DNA from: Sphagnum compactum
Lineage: Eukaryota
NCBI GenBank assembly: GCA_965153455.1
Contig: OZ234494.1
Coordinates: 1,674,001-1,738,000, forward strand
Length of the DNA stretch: 64,000 nt
Reading direction: 5' to 3'
This document shows, in pieces, positions 50,450-64,000 of the stretch (the stretch's first letter is position 1; the number at the start of each line of letters is the position of its first letter). The position numbers and the translations under genes are program-made. The notes under the pieces were generated by a model, which had not been told where the DNA came from, did no database searches, and saw only the letters and a list, made by a program, of their open reading frames with translations.

Positions 50450-52260
50450 TTGACAGATTAGGTTGGTACCATATCTTTACTAGTATCCATAACACAATTT
50501 CTTTTTACCCCACTTTTGGATTGCAGTGTAGAAGGGGAAAATTTTGAGCTTGAAAAACTTTTAGGCATACATTTTGACCACCAAGTCCAAACGGACAATC
50601 AAACAATTATAAAGCTTATATTTCATGAACTTGATTGTGGATAAGGTCCTTTTGTCCTCCACATTACTTAGGACTAGACAATAATGGCCAACTCCACAAG
50701 CTTTAAATACTTCAACAACTTTTGACACACAATGGCATTGGAGGCCAAACATCCCCATAATTTTGTTTTGGGGTTATAGTTGGGTGGTGGATGTAAAGCA
50801 CCATGGGAATTATTATTCATGGTTATAGCAAAAAAAAATGCTTGTTGGTTAAAGAATGTTGGATGTAACAAACTAGTAACCAAGGAACCACTTACAAATA
50901 TTGGCTTGCGATGGCAAATTTTGCTTTTAGAATTGCCAAGTGATTAGGAGATGTCACTTCCATATCAGGTGCCTCCTAATACCAAGGAAAAATGATCCTA
51001 GTTGCATTCATTAGGTCATCAATATGGAAGTGCCTCTCAAGCTCTTGTATAAGCCCTTTTGTTGCACATGTACATTGGTCTTTTATAAACTGGACAACCA
51101 TTTCCTAATGTTCTATTATCACCATAAACACATTGGGACATGTCCTATGCAACATAAACAAACAACTATTGAATGGAAAATGCAACATATTCATCTTGGG
51201 TCTTGACTCCAAGTACCATGACACCATGTGGAATGCATCACAAACTATTATGCACCAAATCATTAAACATCTGAAATTTGGGGTGGTCATACCTCTTTAA
51301 TGGGTCCATGTGCATTGCATATAGATTAATATTAATGACAATGATAGAAATCACAAAAATCGCAAAGCTTGCACAAGCTCTGTATTGCCTCCAACATGGG
51401 CAACACACAAAGTCAATCCTAAGATAATGTTGTAATCACAAACAATTTATAATTGCTCTCTATAGTTGCATTCCTAGCAAGGTCATCACCCATCTTCACA
51501 CAAGACTTTTATACTAAACCAAAACATGTTTGGCAAGTCCAAACACAAATATCCATTAAGTTTTGAAATTGTGAAGGATTTTCAAACCTTTTGTTTGAAA
51601 GATTTTTTACCAATTTCCCATGCCTCACGTGCCTCCTAGGAGAGTGAGAAAAATGGACATACATGGATTGCAATAAGGCTTCAATTTTTGCAACCAATGG
51701 TAGGCTTGAAATTGTTTGCATGACCAAGTTGCACCATCTAGTGGATGCTAGTGACAAATGGTGCATGTTTTTCTATGAGTTGCATTATCACTCTTGTTTT
51801 AAAATGTTGAAATATAATCACATTTTTTACACCAATCTCATGCACTCATAATCTATCATCAATCACCTTATTTCAATAAATGAAACATAGTAACGAATTG
51901 AAAAAGTTTTTTCTTCTTGCAAGAGTTCTTTGCATTTACCACTTGATCAATAACATAATCAAGCCATGTAATGCCATATATCCTTTGCTTTTTCGCATGT
52001 TGACCATTAGAACTAGTGTAAAATTCACATACTTTTTGTCTAGGTGTAGGTCACTTACATTTCCTTCTCCCACTATGTTTATGGAGCCCATCCAACTTGG
52101 GCACCAAAAGCTTATCCATGCATTCAACTTTTATGTAGATCTTACACTTCACACGCTGCATTTGTCCATCTGCACATAAGAGTAACTCAACCCAAAGGAA
52201 TTTGGCTACCCAAGTATCTTGGAAATTTCTTTGGATTTGCCATGAAGCCTTCCTTTTTTT
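50450..52260 (-). pseudogene. hAT-superfamily (ZNF862-like) transposase relic
   Basis: NLVMQTISSLPLVAKIEALLQSMYVHFSHSPRRH (post-CxxH region) and C-terminal dimerisation-like VEDKRTLSTIKFMKYKLYNCLIVRLDLVVKMYA. Heavily frameshifted. Confidence 0.8.
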
Positions 52261-52944
52261 GGAAGTGCATGCAACAAGGATTTTAGACTCAAGTTCACCA
52301 ATTTCAATGCAAATAATAACTGTAGCTAAACTTGAGTGAAATTCACAAAATAAACATTATAAGGTGAATCGTATTAAGGTTATTTAGGGGTGCCATGGTA
52401 TTGGGAAATTTAATTGTAATCACATAACATTAACAACTAATAAAAATTGTAGCAAACACCAACAAACAAAGTCATGGCAATATGATGAAAGATGATTTCA
52501 ACTATTTGATTGTAACTAGTTTTGATAGTTTTCTCCTTGCTATGGGCCATAGATGGTAAGGTACATGGCATGTAGGAGGGACAAAATAAATACCCAATTT
52601 TTCCCAAGACATATCCTTGAAAACTAACTTCAACAATTAAGGCTACAAAAATTTATATGTACGCTATTGACAATTTCAATAGACAACTTATTATTTCAAA
52701 GGGATATAAAACACCTTTTGTTACTAAAGCATATATAGTGGTCCAAATTAAGGCTTAGACTTGGAGGACATGTTTTCAAACATCATGTAAAAGTGTAGAA
52801 AATTAAAGGACATATTGTAAATGAACTATTTTGGTTTGAAGGTCAATGGTTGATCTCAATTTTTGATTGGTATTGTTGCACTATATTGGCTTTTTGTTTG
52901 GCAAGGTTTTGCAATTGTAGCATAACATGAAAATCAGTGATGCA

Positions 52945-55255
52945 ATTTTGTCTTAGGTTGGCAAAAGGACATCATCAAGCCAAACAAGCACCTAAAGACA
53001 CTGTCACCTTAGTGTCCAACCATTATTGGCTACAAGCTCATGCGGACTTTACTTGGCAATCAACTGCACCCTCATATTGATGGGTAGGGAGTGAGAGCCT
53101 AATAATTGAGGCCAAGAGGCTGTAAGTTGTTGTGATCTGCTCTTGACACCACTTACCGAGGCAACCAAATAGTCCTCCTTGATGGGAGGCAGTTTTTAAA
53201 ACTAGCCTTTTAACCCATTGTCACTTGGACCTAAAGCGTCCAAGAACTCATCTTCTAGGGGTGGTAAGCCTTTCTCCTTGACATGGTTGTCCACTATGTC
53301 TCCTACTAGGTGGGGGGTCCCATCAGCCTAGAAAGGGGTTGGCACTTCTTCTCATATCCCTTTTTGTAGTTACTAACAAAAAGTCATCATCTCTAAGCCC
53401 ATCTTTTGGTTTTCATACCATTGTGTAGGTACAATAGGAGGGACTGGGGGATGACTGTTCTATGTCGGCACAAGTCCCCCCTCTTTTGCCTGTAATTGAC
53501 TTTTGGTGGTCACTACCACTATTGGTTCCCTTGTGTTCTCATCCTTTCCCCATGGGTTCATCTGCATGATGACACAATTGGTGCTCACGACCCTCTTGGG
53601 TTAGAGTTGAGGGAGACGCCCCCTTCCTTCAACCTTGGCCAGTTAAGGCACACATGAAAAACATCTAATCATGTTTGAGTCTAGTCTTTGCTTACCAAAG
53701 GTCCCATGGGTGGGGGTGTAGGGTAATTAACTTACCAAACTGGATAGGGTGGTGGAGGGTTGACTATTGGCTGGACAAGATAGGATGAGGTTTGGTTGGG
53801 GTAAGGACCAAGGTTGTTAAAGAAAGGTTATTGGGCATAGTTAGACAGAGGTGGTATAATAAGTTGTGATTAACCATACATTGGGATGGTGGGTGAAGAT
53901 GGAAGATAAACCGCTTGTGGTTTTACCTGGTTTGCCTTAAGAAGGAGTGCTTCTCTAGATTACCCTAATCTAGAGTTGTATCAACATGTCTCTATACTAT
54001 GGTTAAACCTCTAGCATATGTGGCACTAAACTTGCTTGAAGTTTTTGCAGTTAGCCAGTAGATGCCCTTCTTGTTTGTAATACACACAGAAGGCTTGGTT
54101 TCAGAATGTGTTGGGTGCAGGTAATTCCATGGTAGTTCATATCTTTTCCACCAAGGCCTTTTGTTCCTCTTGGAGTCTTATCCGAGCCTTCGCCAACAAT
54201 AACTTCTCTTCTTCCATTACCTTTTCCTCACCTATTTTGGCTTGTTCCTTGTCCCTCGCCCTTTTTTTTTCTTATCCTTTTGAGGTTTAATGTTTTCCTC
54301 CTTTGATGAGGATACAAAAGAGGATGGGGTAGAGTTTTGATGCTTCCTTTTGGTCCTGGATCGACCAGTCATCATGTCATCTTCTACTTGCCTAACAGAT
54401 TTTACAGTTTCTTCCAAGGTACGTCATGGCATACTTAAAGTGAAAATATTTAGCTTCTTTTGCAATCCAGATCGGAACACTTCTTTCAAAAATGAGTCAT
54501 GTGCTTAGGGAGGAGCAAGAACATTATTAAACTTGGTCAACTGTTTGTAGTAGGTTCTACATCTTCTTGTCCCATGCAAATTGCACACATCTTCTAGTAG
54601 ATTCGTTCATCTATTTTGACAGTCTGATACCTCCTCTCGAATGTTACCTTCAATTCCTCCCATGTACTCATGGGGAAACTACTTTCATATCTTGAGTATT
54701 ATTCAAACATATTCCCTTGCAGTGTACAAGAAAACAATCTCAATTAGTCCTCCTCTATATGCTCATCATTTGCCCAACAAGTCTTCTCAAATAGCCGCAC
54801 ATGGGAGTCGAGATCCCTTCTGTCCTTGTATTTTACCCATTCCTTATTTTTTTGAAGCTAACTGCCCATCCCCACGGGTGGATAATATTGGAAAATCAGG
54901 GTGGCTATGGAAGATGGATGGGATCCAATTGGGATACTAGCCATGGGGTATTGAGTAGCTAATCCCTGAGCATGCGGGACTATGGAAGGTTGTTGGATAA
55001 GTTGGTGTGGGATGGTGTTTTCAAGCAATGTTTCTATTTGTGGTGCATATGTTGTGGTCGTTGGTACTTGTGTTGGTGTGCCCAAATTTGGTATACATTG
55101 TCTCCAAATGCTCCTCCTTGGGGTGGGTAGCACATCATTAATCAGGTTAGTGTCACCAACGGCCAAAGGCAGGAACTCCTCCTCTTTAATTTCCAAGCCC
55201 CCTTTTGGGATTGCCTCATTAGTTGCCTCCTTTGCACATTGCCTATGTTCGTTTT
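52945..55255 (-). mobile_element. Decayed gypsy element A: gag region (inverted relative to its pol)
   Basis: Minus-strand RRYQTVKIDE..FLKEVFRSGLQKKLNIFTLSMP*RTLEETVKSVRQVEDDM parallels element B gag KEAFRKGLQTKVKMAIISMPKKTLAEVVES. Confidence 0.6.
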
Positions 55256-55339
55256 ATTATTAAAATTAGCCCATGAATTGGGCAACTACCTAGCTCACCA
55301 CACTCTTCTGCCTCTGAGGAAAAACCACAAGGTAGGGGA

Positions 55340-56529
55340 GAGGTGGAATTTTTCCAGGCTACTTCTATGGACACTCATATGCCTATGATCATTGTTGAAG
55401 TGGCAGGCCATAAATTGATGGACACCCTAATTGATAGGGATTTGGGAGTGAATATTATTATGGATTCTCTTTTAATATGGTTAGGATTGTAAGGGATGCA
55501 ACCTTCACCTTTCCAAGTAAAGATGGTACATCAATGACACGTCCAACCCATGGGGATACTCAAGGACCTCTCGATCCAAATATCCAACTTGGAGTTCCTT
55601 ATTACTGCAACAATACTTAGGATGGAAGGATTCAATAATGAGTACTCCATGTTACTAGGTAGGCTATGGTAAGCTAAGGTCCATCATGACTGGAGCATGG
55701 GTGAAAATCCTTTAAGGTGTAGTACATAGGACATAAAGGGCCTAGTCTTTACTACAGTCCTTTTTTACCTTATATTTTTTTCCCCATAAAAAATAATGAA
55801 TCAAAAGTTGTCAAAAATTTCAGAAGGACTATATTTTAGACCATTACAATTCTAAATTTCATCATAATCATCCATAAATGTGTCTTTACATGGTAAAAAA
55901 GATAGAAAAGGGTGATGTTATGACAAGATTTTGGTACACTTTAAAACATTTGGACCCGCATAGACTTATTCTTGTTATCCGTTGTAGGTAGGACAATAGT
56001 AGTCCCCACCCACACAGTTTATTCAATCCAACCATGCCACCAACCATTCACACTTCAATTGTACAATTGGATGGTGGACTTGACTGATGAAGAAGAAGAC
56101 CAAGTATTGAAGCCCATCCTGAGTTAAAACCCACTGTATAATTAAATATGAAAAATATTCCCAACTTGGCGGAGTGTTGCAAGGTCGGAGCCTTGAAGAA
56201 ATGCAATCAACCCCGAAAATCCATTGGGGTAACCTCTCCTAATGAGGACTAAATGGAGGTATATCCTACCCATTTCCATGTAACCAAGGAAAGGTCAATG
56301 GACGTATACGAAAAACCCACTAGGGAATAGGAACTAGGGGTTATACCATTTTGGGATGGAATCTAACCCTTAAAGAATAATCCACCCATATCAATTTAGG
56401 AAGTTCAGAGGCTCCACAACTAGTGAAAATAAATGTTGAAGCAAGTGGGGAATTTTTTAAGGGTGCTGAAAAGCTTTTTCATGAATATAAAAATGTGTTC
56501 GCATGGAGCTATCAAGACATGAAGGGTAT
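55340..56529 (+). mobile_element. Decayed gypsy element A: protease and RT N-terminus
   Basis: LIDRDLGVNII..EYSMLLGRLW..KVHHDWS (protease) and INLGSSEAPQLVKIN..EYKNVFAWSYQDMKGI (RT entry). It continues as PPSIYEH..YQMNPNYASKVQEDL at 60243-60100 (-). Confidence 0.75.
55699..55957. mobile_element. MITE with GGG..CCC TIRs and 4-bp TSD (GCAT), copy 2
   Basis: TIRs GGGTGAAAATCCTTTAAGGTGTA ... TGGTACACTTTAAAACATTTGGACCC. GCAT at 55695-55698 and 55958-55961. Internal sequence aligns with 28508-28764. Confidence 0.88.
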
Positions 56530-56668
56530 TGTCGCAACCCCACTTTGGGCAAAGTGTGAGGATGCAACTCACACTCCCAAAGTTGGGGACTTGAAGTCCT
56601 TCGGGACTACCGAAAACTCAGAGCTCAAGTGCAGGGGTCAAAACACCTCGCATTGAAGAGTTTTTTAT
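56530..56668 (+). repeat. 5' part of a solo chromovirus LTR split by inversion
   Basis: TGTCGCAACCCCACTTTG...AAACACCTCGCATTGA matches the first ~140 bp of the 27255 LTR. Preceded by TSD GGTAT. Confidence 0.9.
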
Positions 56669-59600
56669 TTGTGTGATTTCAATGGGATAGATAAATTTGG
56701 CATCACGTAGTTTGTTTTAGGTCTTCTTTCACTTTTAATGTGTAATTTGGGTTCATTCTATATTGTCTTTGCTTTATTGGTTGGGCATTAGCCACTAACT
56801 CAATTTTGTGTTCACAAATTTCCCTAGGTATTCCCTTCAAATCTTTATAATTCCAAATAAAGACATCATAGTAATTAACCAATAATTCTTTGATTTATGC
56901 TTGAAAAGATATTGGTAAGATTGCATTAAAAAATACCTCGTTAGGATCTCCTTCACATCCCAAGTTTAGTTTCTTTAGCTGGTCCTCAACTATAAATGTT
57001 CATATTGTAATTTTTTAAATCTTTAATTGTCACACTAGCAGCTTCCTCCAATATCAAAAAATTTCCAAGTTGATGTTGATAAAAATAAACTGGATAGTCT
57101 GGTTTTTCTTCTAGTTGAAACATGCCACAATCAATTTTTTTCAATTTTTTATTTTTTTTGGTGGCACTTCTCCTACATGCCACAACTTGGGCATTACATT
57201 ATAAAGTTGTTCTTCCTCTTCATTCGATATTCCTTCTTCCCAATCATAACCATCATCAACATATTTTGGTCTCTTTGATGGTTTTAAAACAATTTTCTTA
57301 ATTGGACGCATAATCATTGTCCTTTCTCTTGCAATGATGGTAAGGGTATTGTCACCCCAATTATGATTTGCCTTTATTTGTTTCAACCAAGGCCTTCCCA
57401 AAAACATTGAATAAGTTTATGTTCCATGTTCCATATTCAACATTGTAACAAAGATTTTGTACTCACATCCTGCCAAATCAATTTTCCAGTTCCTTAAATC
57501 CATCTCGTTGCACCTTTCTTTGGTCAGCCATCCTTACTACAAAAATAGTTAGCTTGGGTTTCTCAATCCAAGCTTCTTCCTCAAACTCTAAGAGATAATA
57601 TTCACACCAGATCTGCCATTTAGTAATACATTTCTAACTCCAAATTTCCCAACACGAACTTGAATAACCGGTACAACTACATCAAAATCTTTTATTTTAG
57701 TTGTTGTGACTTTACAAACATCAGTAATCTAAACTTCTTCCATTTTCAATAATGACTTTGTCATCATTCTCTTAACTAAGGAAAAATTTCTATGAATTGT
57801 CATAATTTCATTTCTATCTTTGAATTCATCACAAATTATGGTAATTCACCACTTTCTTTCCCCATCTATTCAACAATGATATTTTATGGCAACAAACTTT
57901 CTTTTGCCACTAGACCTCTTCCCACACAAGTCGATTCTTCCTTGTCTAGGGTCAAACGCATCTCATCCTCTTCACTAGCAATTGGTTTGTCAATACTCAT
58001 TGTTGACTTGCCACTGGCAATTGTCAACTCACTTTTTCTTTTTGATAAATGTTATTCCTTTAATGACACATCTCTTTGTGTCAACATATTGGCTCGACAT
58101 GTACCAACTTCCTTGGCCACTTTAGCCAACCTCTTATCATCCTTCATCAAGTCGACTTGACGCATCGATTGTAATAATTCCTCTTTGTTCAACGATCTCA
58201 ATTGAGTAATTGACTTGGCTAATTCCAAATGAAACGAAACATCCCTACACATTTATAGTGGTATGTCTTCCACTTCTTGAATTTTCCATAGTTCATTAAC
58301 TACATCATTGTGAATCAATTTCTCCTTCTCCCATTTGGTTTATCGTCCTTTGGTGGGGCTTTTTCTCTCTCTAGAAATTCTTCAATAGGCATATCGGCCT
58401 TTGGCATCCTTTTTGTCTTCTTATGGTCACACAAACATTCACTACTAATTGGTCCCATTTGACCATGGCCACATTTACTCCAACTTTTGGTTTGGAGTTC
58501 TTCTCTTCTCCCTCAATAACTTTCTTCCAGACATGACAATCATTCTTGACATGGCCTTCTTTTCAATAGCAAAAAAATCTCACAACATTTTGCCAAAATC
58601 TATTATTTTGATTATAAGTTTGTTGATTATATCAGTTATTCCAATTTGATTAATTATTATTTTGCCAATTACAACCATTTGGTCTTGTATTATATTGTTG
58701 ATCATTATATTGATTTTGATTATTTGGTGCATTATAAATCGGTAATTGTTTTTGTTTTTGTGCCCCTAACACTTTTGTTTGTACTACATGTATTGGTATA
58801 ATATCTCTCGAGGGGCAACTTCCACCCACAACCTTACTAGGACATTGATCTATATTGTGGTCACTTGCCCTGCAAATTCTATAAAATTTCATTTAGAATT
58901 TGCATTCTTTTGTGAATGGCCTTCGTTAAAATAATTTTGATAATACAGTTCTTTTCTTACTGTGTCAAAATCTACTTTCTTAGATTTTTTTTTAGTCTTT
59001 TTTTCATGATGTTCATTTTCATCGTCAGAGTCATCAAATTCATCATTGTCAAAGTCATTATGACAAAATCTCACCATATTTTTTCGTTTCATGGGTAACT
59101 CTTCTTCTATTATAATTACAGATTCAACTACTTCTGCTAGTGTTTTTTTAGGCATACTAATAATAGCCATTTTGACTTTAGTTTGTAAACCTTTTCGAAA
59201 AGCTTCTTTCAAATAGATATCATTTGGTCGTTGAGGAATTACTGCACATAGTTAGAGGATTTTGTCATAATAGTCTTCCATTGGTTCATACTTCTTTTGT
59301 TTCGCATATCGTAAAGTGGCAGTTGCTTGTCCTTCGATTCTAATCTCATTGAACTAGGTTATAAAAGCACATTGCACTTTCGCCCATGTTGCTACTGGAT
59401 GAGTTATTTCATACCTTCCAAACTAGTCGACGGCTCTTCCCTTTAAAGAATTTGGAAAATATTGTAATTTGTGGTTGTCAATATTTTCTCCATTAGTCAC
59501 ACACACTTTAGTCAATTGTCGAATGTGTAAAATTGGATATTCATTATCGTGATATTTAGGTAGTTGTATATGCAAGGCATTTGCAGGAGGTATTGCCATA

Positions 59601-60100
59601 ATGGGCGGAAGATTCATTATTGGTGTAATAGTAGTTAGTGGTGGATTTAAAAGAATTTTAGTCTTGATGCGTTCGGGGCTCTAAAGGAATAGTTTGAATA
59701 GATCTCTTAAAAAAGCCTCATCAACAACATTGCTACTGCTTGCTTCTTTTGTTACATCTTCTTCCAACCATTTTTTTGGTATTCGCGACCATCCTTCTTT
59801 TGTGACCCAATCGAGTGTTCCAAAAACATTTATTGTAACCTTTGGGATTCTTAGCAATGTGTCAACATTCCCTTCATCACATTCTTCTTACATTTTGTTT
59901 GGTGTTCTAGTTTTGATGGATTGCTAAGTATTTTCATTGGGTGAACCATTCGTTTCTTCAATTGTTGTTTGTGTTGTTATTAGTTCTATTTCTTCTTCAT
60001 GACAAGATGAAATACTTAATAACTATTAGAGGGACTAAAAATAGTTTTCAACCCCTTCCATTCAATAGACTTCTCTACATGAGTTTCATTAATCCTACTA
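56669..60100 (-). mobile_element. Decayed non-chromovirus gypsy element B: gag, protease, RT N-terminus (inverted half)
   Basis: gag LHIQLPKYH..LQYFPNSLKGRAVD with degenerate Zn knuckles (RICRASDHNIDQC). Protease tail MFLGRPWLKQIKANHNWGDNTLTI. RT start DLKGIPREICEHKIEL..YRMNPNY..FIYPIEITQ. Confidence 0.85.
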
Positions 60101-60248
60101 AAATGATGAACCCAACATCCAACAAGAGACCCAAATCCTCCTGTACCTTGCTTGCGTAATTGGGGTTCATCTGATATCACTACTGGCGGGAAGGGTTGGC
60201 TCCTTCTTCAAGATCTATCCAATGCTCATAAATGGAAGGTGGGATACC

Positions 60249-60920
60249 TGACGGGCTCCCAAGTCCCTAGTTAGCCCCAAGTTGGGCTAACTTGTTCAAG
60301 TTGCGGAAAAGGGAGGGACTCGGGGCACGCTCCCAGCCTTCAACAGGGGTAGAGGGGCGTGTTGAAGCCTTGGGATGGACTAGGAAGAGTGACAAGCTAT
60401 TCATTTACTCGAATCTGCATCAAAACCAACCACAAGTTGGTTAGATCACTTTCTGGATCACTTTGGTGCTAGGACAAGCCACGGGCAACTCTGGACTCAC
60501 AAGACTCACCACGGCCTAGACTCGGGGGAAGGCACCACCTTCCCCCATATAGTATTCTCTGCGTTCGCCCGCGGCACCCGCATCCGAATGGCTTTTTGTC
60601 CCGGGACTCCCAAGGAGGAGTCCCGAAACTGTCCCAGTTTGGACTCCTGGGACTTTGGAAGCTTATAGCTCCCAGCTTCAACCTCCGATTGAGATGAGGT
60701 CTAAAGCAATCTTGTAGCTCTCGTCAAGAGCGTTCCAAGGATGTGTCGCACTTCACCTGCACGTAACGGGGTCGGGTCGATTCCTGACTTCTAGTGGTCG
60801 GGAGTCAAACTGCCAGTTTGACTCCCGGCCCTTCTTTTGCCTATAACTTGTGCTGCAAATCTTCAACTGGCTCATGCAAGCCTATTTTGGATATCTACTC
60901 TTCAAGACCTTTCCAACGGT
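60249..60920 (-). repeat. 3' part of the split solo LTR
   Basis: The reverse complement begins ACCGTTGGAAAGGTCTTGAAG and ends GGGAGCCCGTCA, followed by GGTAT. Confidence 0.9.
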
Positions 60921-63070
60921 ATTGTACTTAAGAAAAATGGGAAGTTACAAATATGTGTGGATTATCGCAAACTAAATGCCCAAACCAAAAAGGATCCATT
61001 TCCTTTACCCGTTTTGGATTATGTCCTAGATTCTATAATTGGACATGAGATGTACTCTTTTATGGATGGTTATAACGGTTATAACTAGGTTCAAATGGCT
61101 AAATAAGACAAAGAAAAAACAACATTCATCTCAAAATGGGGTGCTTATGCCTACAACATTATGCCATTTGGGTTATGTAATGCTCCTTCTACTTTCCAAA
61201 AAGTAGTAACAAAGACATTTAAACCTTATTTAAACAAATTTATGCAAGTTTTTTGGATGATTTTAATGTTTATGGAGACAAAAAAAAATCATCTGGAACA
61301 ATTACAAAAATGCCTTGAAGAGTGTAGGCTAAACAGGATTCGCCTTAATCCTAAAAAATGTGCATTTATGTAAATTTAAGAGTATTGCTTAGACATATTA
61401 TATGTCATGATGATCTACTGGTAGATCCACATAAGGTTACAGTAATTATCGTTATGCCAACGCCTACTAATCCAATGAAAATAAAATGATTCCTAGGAGC
61501 AGCTAGTTTTTATCGATGTTATTTTCAAGACTTTGTAAATAAGGTAACACCAATGTGCAAATTATTAAAGAAGGATGAAGAATTTTTGTGGACAGAAACA
61601 TGTGCCAAGTCTTGGGGATGGATGAAATCATCTATGACATGCCTACCTATATTTATTGTACTTAACTGGTTGTTGGAATTCCATGTGCAGACAAATGCAT
61701 CAAATTTTGTACTTGGAGCCATGTTACGTCAAAACCCAAATAAAACTCTCAATAGACCAATTTATATGTCGGGAAATTAATGAACAATGCAGAAAAGAAC
61801 TATACAACTATTGAAAAAAAACATTAGCAATGATTTATGTTGTGAAGAAATTCAAACATTATCTTTTGAGAAATAGATTCACATTGTTTGTGGATCATCA
61901 AACTTTGTTATATTTGGTTAACAAACTAATAATCACTAGCCAAATTATTAGATTACTACTATTATTACAAGAATTTGATTTTGAAGTAATATTTAAACTA
62001 GGTTGGGTGCATTTTAAACCTAATCAATTATGCAAAATTAATCATGGAAAATTGACTATTGGAGTTGAAGATCAATTGCCGAATGTTCAACTGTGTGGTA
62101 TAAATGTTTATTATTGACTATTCATAAAGATGCTGCTGATTTGTGCCAAAGATGTGACATATGTCAATGATTAGAACCTATGTGGTGAAGTGGCAAAGGA
62201 CCATTCAAATAGTTATGGCATTTGAACCTTTTATGAAGTGGGGTTTAGATTTTATGGGACCTATCAACCCATAGCTAAAAATATTGGTAACCAATGTATC
62301 ATTGTAGCCACTGACTACATTACTAAGTGGGTAGAGGCTAAGGCTCTTAGGGATAACATAGCAAAGAGCACAACCAAATTCATTTATGAAAACATTATAA
62401 TTAGGTTTAAATGTCCCACCCACTTTGTTAATGATCAAGGAAGTCATTTCATTAATAAAACCATTGAAATACTGGTGGAGGAATTTATGATTGTACATCA
62501 CAAGTCAACCACCTACAATCTGTAAGGAAATGGACAAGCTGAATCAACTAATAAAACCTTTGGAAATATTTTGGCTAAATTAGTTAATGTTAATTGTACC
62601 AACTAGGACACTATGCTTTTCACAACACTATGGGCATGTCAAACAACAGATAAAATTACTACACAATCTACGCCATTTGAATTGGTTTATGACACTAAAC
62701 CCATTATGCCAGCAAAATTTGTGGTCCCCACCAAAAGAATTAGGGATATACCAATAGAAGATCTTGATCAACCCATCCATGTAAGAATGGAAAATCTAGT
62801 CCGATTGGATGAAGAACGGTGGCATGCCGTTGAAAACATTAATCATATACAATTACTCATGAAGGAAAATTGGGATGACAAAGGGAAATTCAAAAGTATA
62901 TGTGAGGATGATTTAGTTTTGTGGATGCCTAAAACAACTAAAATCAAGGGAGGTAAATTTAAGTTACCTTGGAAGGGTCCCTATAAAGTACATATTTTTT
63001 TAATAATAATACTATTGAATTAACTACTTTAGGTGATGATGAGGTAGAAAGAGTAAATATCAACAAATGA
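60921..63070 (+). mobile_element. Decayed gypsy element B: RT-RNase H-integrase (non-chromovirus, Athila/Phygy-like)
   Basis: IVLKKNGKLQICVDYRKLNAQTKKDPFPLP, MPFGLCNAPSTFQ, FHVQTNASNFVLGAML, VATDYITKWVEAKAL..NDQGSHF, GGKFKLPWKGPYKV. No chromodomain seen. Confidence 0.9.
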
Positions 63071-64000
63071 AAATAATAGTATTCCAAGAGTGTAGTGGCT
63101 AACATTATGGCAGCCAATGTCTATGTTGAAAGATATCCTAGTAAGTACCACTAGAACAAATCTCCAACTGTTGGACCTATAAATTCATCTAGGATTGTGC
63201 GCAAACCTAGAAAACTTCCATAAACAGATTCCATACCTAAAATCATAAATGATGAATATTTTTGGGTAGAGGAAGAGAAGTCAAAAAATAATGAGGGAAA
63301 AATAAGAAATAATAGTTACAAAGCCAAACTTAAAAAAGAAAAGTTATTATACCGAACTAACTATACCCTGAGAGAAAGAAGCTATAAAGAAAATTGTTAC
63401 AACCACATAAGCTAAACCTCATAAAGAAAAACAAAAAGGTTATTACTAGGATGTTGAAGACACCATTAAATGAACTATGACCGATATGGCCTTTGCAAAA
63501 TTTATTGAGTCCTAAGGAGTTAATAGAGTTGAAAAAAATCAAGCATTGTTATTACTTGTGGAAAAAGTGTTCTGGAAGAGATAATGAGCTTGTGAATGAG
63601 TGGTGTGAGGATTTATTGCACACCTTCACCACTAAGATATGCACTCACAATAAAAGACCCGGTTGGAAATGGAACTACTATGTAGTGTAGTCTAACAAGT
63701 AAGGTGGTTCGAAGTAAGTAATGAAATTCACTAAAAAAAATCTAATGCGTTGTGTCCAAATCTCATGAGTTTTTGTTTTATTTTATGTCTTTGACCAAAG
63801 TTAAGCCCCGAAACTAAAAACCATTTGCTTTCATTGAGGAAAACAAAACAAACATCTCAACCTCTTCTACTTCCAACACCTGCAACTCCTCATAGCAAAA
63901 CCGATGATGTTGAATTTTTGGGAGGAGCTTTTAAACCTTTCAAACTAAAACTGATTTAATTTTGACACAAATCCAACGGTGGATTCGAGAGAAACAATTA

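Overview
This is eukaryotic, AT-rich, repeat-dense plant genomic DNA. A bryophyte such as a peat moss is my inference from the repeat content and is not proven. There is one intact host gene, an 8-exon K+-dependent vacuolar H+-pyrophosphatase (AVP1/VHP1 type, 43467-47958, +, 754 aa by my exon sum). The rest is a transposon graveyard. It holds a near-complete but inactivated chromodomain Ty3/gypsy element (21.7-27.9 kb), LTR copies of related families, and two decayed non-chromovirus gypsy elements (52.9-63.1 kb) scrambled by inversions. One inversion can be reconstructed almost to the base because it splits a solo LTR whose 5-bp TSD survives. There are also Harbinger and hAT transposase relics, a CRE-like LINE 3' end, a PLS/E-DYW-type PPR pseudogene with a telomere-repeat insertion, several MITE families (hAT-type, a GGG..CCC family with 4-bp TSDs, a Helentron/HINE-like family), a palindromic hairpin array and tandem repeats. 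I found no convincing new intact multi-gene system. The most unusual signals are transposon-structural.
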